NCBI GenBank assembly: GCA_023432475.1
Contig: JAEYUN010000011.1
Coordinates: 1-53,855 of the forward strand
Length of the DNA: 53,855 nt
Source of the DNA: Candidatus Parcubacteria bacterium
GTDB lineage: Bacteria > Patescibacteriota > Saccharimonadia > Saccharimonadales > Saccharimonadaceae
Direction of reading: 5' to 3'
The translations under genes were made by a program, and so were the position numbers. Positions 51,866 to 53,855 of the stretch are shown piece by piece. The notes below the pieces were generated by a model. The model was not told where the DNA came from and did no database searches. It saw only the letters and a program-made list of their open reading frames with translations. The first letter of the stretch is position 1; the number at the start of each line of letters is the position of its first letter.

Positions 51866-53855
51866 TATGATTTAGTTATTTTACCTTCGTGCGTGACGGT
51901 TATTTCTATTTTACCGCGGCGTAACCCCACGACCAAAATGTCGCCTTTTTCCCAAGAATTATCCAATAGACCTTCCGCAATCGCATGCTCGACCTCGTTT
52001 TGAATCACTTGTCGCAGAGGACGAGCGCCTTTATGTTCATCGTAACCTTTTGCAATCAACCAGCGTTTAGCTCTCGGTTCTACGACCAGTCCGAATCCCT
52101 TGTGTTGTAAACGCAGACGGACGTCATCAATCAGTAAATCAAAAATTTTACCAACCTTGTCGCCTGTCAAAGCATGGAAGACTACTATGTCATCAAACCG
52201 CGCGATTAATTCCGGTCTCATCAGATCACCCAAAGCCTCTTTGGCTATAACCTCAGTTTCGGCGTGTACCGCTTCAAGTTCTCCTTTATTTTTAGTGCCT
52301 GTTGCGAAGCCCAGGGAGGCTTCTTTTTGCATACGCTCAGCCCCTAAATTGCTAGTAAGAATAATAATGGTGTTAGTAAAGTCGACTCGACGACCTTTGG
52401 CGTCACTAATATATCCATCTTCCAAAACTTGCAATAACAGTTGGAAGACATCGCGGTGCGCTTTTTCGATCTCGTCAAATAGCACTACACTGTATGGTTG
52501 GCGGCGAATCTTGTCAGTCAGCTGACCACCATCCTCGTAGCCGACATACCCCGCAGGTGCACCCAAAAGTCTTGAAGCTGTATGGCGCTCCGAAAATTCA
52601 CTCATATCAATTTTGACAAGAGCATGGTCACTACCAAAAACCTCCCTGGCTAAAACCCGAGCCAGCTCAGTTTTACCAACTCCAGTCGGGCCCATGAATA
52701 CAAATGAGCCTATCGGTCGCTTACCTGAAGCGATTCCGGAACGACTACGACGGATTGCCCTAGCAACAGTAGCTAAGGCCTGTTCTTGACCGATAACATA
52801 TTTACCTAGTACACTTTCCAGTTTTTTATACGAATCGGCCTCGGTTTTCTTCAGTTGCATAACCGGAACACCACTCATTTCAGCCACAGCCTTAGCGACT
52901 GTGGCGCTATCAAGCGTAACAGTTTTGGCCGTTTTAGCCTTTTGATCAATCTTTTCTTGCAACCGTGTCATGCGCATCTTATAGAGAGCCGCTTTTTCAT
53001 AGTCTTCGTTCAAAACGGCGTCTTCCATTTTGTCATTGAGAGAACGTAATTCCTTCATGTATTCACGTTGTTTAGGCGGCGTTTTGGAATATTTGACATG
53101 AAGTAGCGCTGACGCCTCATCGAGGACGTCGAGAGCTTTGTCGGGCATAAAGCGGTCAGATATATATCGTTCGGCCATATAAGCAATTTCGTCGATAAGT
53201 TCATCCGAAATCGTTACTCGATGATGTTGCTCGTAGTGTGGTTTTAGGCCCTTTAGTATAGCCTTAGTGTCAGCCATGCTTGGCTCGGGAACGATGATCG
53301 GCTGTAAGCGCCGCTCGAAAGCAGCATCTTTTTCAATATGCTTACGATACTCGTCTAGGGTGGTAGCGCCTATCATGCGAATTTTACCCCGGGCCAGGCC
53401 GGGCTTGAGGATATTGGCCGCATCCATAGAACCCTCAGCGGCGCCCGTACCTATTATCAAATGCATCTCATCGATAAAAAGTATCAAATTCTTATCATGA
53501 GTTGCCTCCTCTATGACAGCCTTGAGGCGTTGCTCAAATTCACCGCGATATTTTGTTCCGGCAATAAGGGCGGGCATATCAAGTAGCACGATTCGCTTAT
53601 CAAGCAAGTGACTAGGTACGTCTTCGTTGACAATTTTAGCAGCTAACCCTTCAACAATAGCCGTCTTACCTACCCCAGGTTCGCCAATCAAAATAGGGTT
53701 ATTCTTGGTGCGTCGACTAAGTACGGTTATCATACGCGCAATCTGTTTTTCTCGGCCAATCACAGGGTCTAACTCACCCTTGCGAGCCGCGGAGGTAATA
53801 TCGTGTCCGTATTTGTCGAGCGCCGTACGCTGACGCTTACGTTGCGTAACTGTGC
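51865..53855 (-). CDS. clpC: ATP-dependent Clp protease ATP-binding subunit ClpC (C-terminal ~660 aa; the N-terminus lies beyond the right window edge)
   Basis: The frame stays open upstream of the ORF-track start: ...[33 protein letters not shown]... Two AAA+ modules ([16 protein letters not shown]). The short middle domain with ...[14 protein letters not shown]... (UVR-like) favours ClpC over ClpB. Confidence 0.92.
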   Translation of the reverse strand, partial: TVTQRKRQRTALDKYGHDITSAARKGELDPVIGREKQIARMITVLSRRTKNNPILIGEPGVGKTAIVEGLAAKIVNEDVPSHLLDKRIVLLDMPALIAGTKYRGEFEQRLKAVIEEATHDKNLILFIDEMHLIIGTGAAEGSMDAANILKPGLARGKIRMIGATTLDEYRKHIEKDAAFERRLQPIIVPEPSMADTKAILKGLKPHYEQHHRVTISDELIDEIAYMAERYISDRFMPDKALDVLDEASALLHVKYSKTPPKQREYMKELRSLNDKMEDAVLNEDYEKAALYKMRMTRLQEKIDQKAKTAKTVTLDSATVAKAVAEMSGVPVMQLKKTEADSYKKLESVLGKYVIGQEQALATVARAIRRSRSGIASGKRPIGSFVFMGPTGVGKTELARVLAREVFGSDHALVKIDMSEFSERHTASRLLGAPAGYVGYEDGGQLTDKIRRQPYSVVLFDEIEKAHRDVFQLLLQVLEDGYISDAKGRRVDFTNTIIILTSNLGAERMQKEASLGFATGTKNKGELEAVHAETEVIAKEALGDLMRPELIARFDDIVVFHALTGDKVGKIFDLLIDDVRLRLQHKGFGLVVEPRAKRWLIAKGYDEHKGARPLRQVIQNEVEHAIAEGLLDNSWEKGDILVVGLRRGKIEITVTHEGKITKS

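Noticed and set aside
51865-53763. A clpC start at 53763, as implied by the ORF track.
   Set aside because: That codon is an internal GTG (Val in ...[11 protein letters not shown]...). The frame remains open to the window edge and encodes conserved ClpC sequence, so the gene is truncated by the window rather than short.
1-53855. CRISPR arrays, IS elements, integrases, tandem repeats, and att-like direct repeats flanking the orphan cassettes.
   Set aside because: I scanned the intergenic regions by eye and found no repeat-spacer structure, no transposase- or recombinase-like ORF, and no convincing direct repeats at cassette borders. The only shared elements were promoter hexamers. A computational repeat search would be needed to exclude short or imperfect repeats.
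1-53855. An alternative genetic code (UGA as a sense codon, as in some CPR lineages).
   Set aside because: Conserved genes, including secY and several of the small genes, terminate at TGA at the expected length. No conserved gene is interrupted by an in-frame TGA.

Overview
This 53.9-kb window is densely coded: 67 protein genes (62 on the minus strand) and one tRNA. I found no rRNA, CRISPR array, transposase or integrase. Minus-strand order, 53855 to 1: clpC (partial), HExxH membrane protein, radA, yacL-like | PBP1A (+) | tyrS, recG, PLC-like, rsmD | beta-helix exported protein | tRNA-Leu (+) | trmH-like, hisS, tig | four small TM genes | clpP | two small genes | rpoB, rpoC | small gene | rpsL, rpsG | 240-aa gene | fusA | tuf | small gene (+) | rpsJ | 3.7-kb cell-wall insert | rplC to rplO (S10/spc block) | secY | small gene | infA, rpmJ, rpsM, rpsK, rpsD, rpoA, rplQ, rplM, rpsI | trpS (partial). 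The standard genetic code fits, since TGA is used as a stop. rpmD (L30), adk and map are missing from their usual slots, and many r-proteins carry Lys/Ala-rich tails. Together with the compact operons this suggests a CPR/Patescibacteria (Saccharibacteria-like) genome; that is an inference, not a database result. The housekeeping core is ordinary. The unusual part is what sits between the core operons. At least six intergenic gaps hold small orphan genes that look GC-richer than their flanks. Each has its own near-consensus sigma70-type promoter and a GC-rich hairpin without a U-tract. S10 (rpsJ) is separated from L3 by a 3.7-kb module containing two VanY-type peptidases. A 240-aa unknown gene with its own terminator splits rpsG from fusA. 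Many genes show a -10 box 6-10 nt from the start codon with no Shine-Dalgarno, which is leaderless geometry. None of the orphan proteins could be assigned a function from sequence alone.
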